Below, one piece after another: positions 17,355 to 18,011 of a DNA stretch of 18,011 nt; within the stretch, counting starts at the first letter, position 1, and every line of letters starts with the position of its first letter. Source of the stretch: a virus (Duplodnaviria > Heunggongvirae > Uroviricota > Caudoviricetes); IMG/VR virus record IMGVR_UViG_2630968500_000004, positions 1-18,011 of that record. One strand, 5' to 3'. A model generated the notes under the pieces. The model did no database searches, was not told where the DNA came from, and was given only the letters and a program-made list of their open reading frames with translations. A program made the position numbers and the translations under genes.

Positions 17355-18011
17355 GCTGTGACCTCCATAGCCAGACGTGACTGGATCGCGGATGCTTTAC
17401 TACCGAGCTGTAAATAGGTGCGGGTAATAGCCGGGTTGCTATGCCCCAGCATTTCAGAAGCCACCAGCAAGCCTTGCTCACCGCCTGCTGACATGAGGTT
17501 AAACGCGGCTATTTTGCGACTGGAGTATGCGCTAAGGCGCAGCTTGGCGTTAATGAAACGGGTGAACCACTGCATAACATCATGCAGCTTGCGCCAGATA
17601 GTCTGGCGAGTAACGCTACCTTCCAGACATTGGCAACGGTTACTTTCGATTTGAGAGCGGGAAAATACCAGGTCGTCCTCTACCAGATTCCGATCCTGAC
17701 GGTCACGCAGCCGCTTGATGATGCCTGGCGGTAACTGCTTGGTGTCGTGTTTGACGTCAGCCTTTGCCACCAGCTCGAATACTATGGCCTGTTCTTCGCC
17801 GTTCATGTCGGCGGCCAGTTCGTCACAACCGATGCTATCCCACTTCATGTAGGCGATATGATCAGCGGCCATCCGGGCGGCATCCTTACGTTGCTGGCGC
17901 ACAATCTCGATACCTTTGCGGGTTGCCCGCGCTTCGGCGGCTTTGGTTTGCTTGGCAACGATAATTGTCGCCTGCCCCGTTTCCCAATTGACGCAGGAAT
18001 AGCGGAGGGTG
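17351..18011 (-). CDS. Tyrosine-type site-specific recombinase/integrase, C-terminal catalytic part (5' end lies outside the window)
   Basis: Reading frame stays open to the window edge; the listed start at 17902 is an internal GTG. C-terminus has a tyrosine-recombinase-like pattern (LGHSNPAITRTYLQ, with an upstream conserved-arginine region). Family call by eye. Confidence 0.55.
   Translation of the reverse strand, partial: TLRYSCVNWETGQATIIVAKQTKAAEARATRKGIEIVRQQRKDAARMAADHIAYMKWDSIGCDELAADMNGEEQAIVFELVAKADVKHDTKQLPPGIIKRLRDRQDRNLVEDDLVFSRSQIESNRCQCLEGSVTRQTIWRKLHDVMQWFTRFINAKLRLSAYSSRKIAAFNLMSAGGEQGLLVASEMLGHSNPAITRTYLQLGSKASAIQSRLAMEVTA

Overview
Mosaic window with four parts. (1) 1-2119 is visibly GC-richer than the rest and holds the 3' end of an HtrA/DegP-family serine protease gene plus an IS5-family transposase remnant fused in-frame to a disrupted HTH/WYL-like regulator gene. 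(2) 2551-8747 (+ strand) is a cryptic-prophage accessory block whose order and protein lengths match E. coli CP4-57 (yfjP-yfjQ-yfjR-ypjK-yfjS-yfjT ... yfjX-yfjY-ypjJ-yfjZ-ypjF): GTPase, DUF932, WYL regulator, three envelope proteins, antirestriction, RadC-like, DUF987 and a type IV toxin-antitoxin pair. (3) 9276-13280 (- strand) is a tightly packed operon with a phage baseplate hub-like protein, a gpV-type spike, a small-terminase-like protein, a low-GC secreted-protein insert and several small unknown ORFs. (4) 13300-18011 is a replication/integration module: operator-like palindromes, a terminator, a 12-copy octamer iteron array (candidate origin), a P4-alpha-like primase-helicase, two small coupled ORFs and a tyrosine recombinase running off the right edge. 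No rRNA, tRNA or CRISPR array was seen. All protein calls are from reading the translations by eye; no database search was run, and paralog-level gene symbols rest on family recognition plus synteny. The best candidate for something undescribed is the hub/spike/terminase-like operon with its secreted-protein insert, followed by the GTPase-DUF932-WYL cassette; neither is established as a system here.
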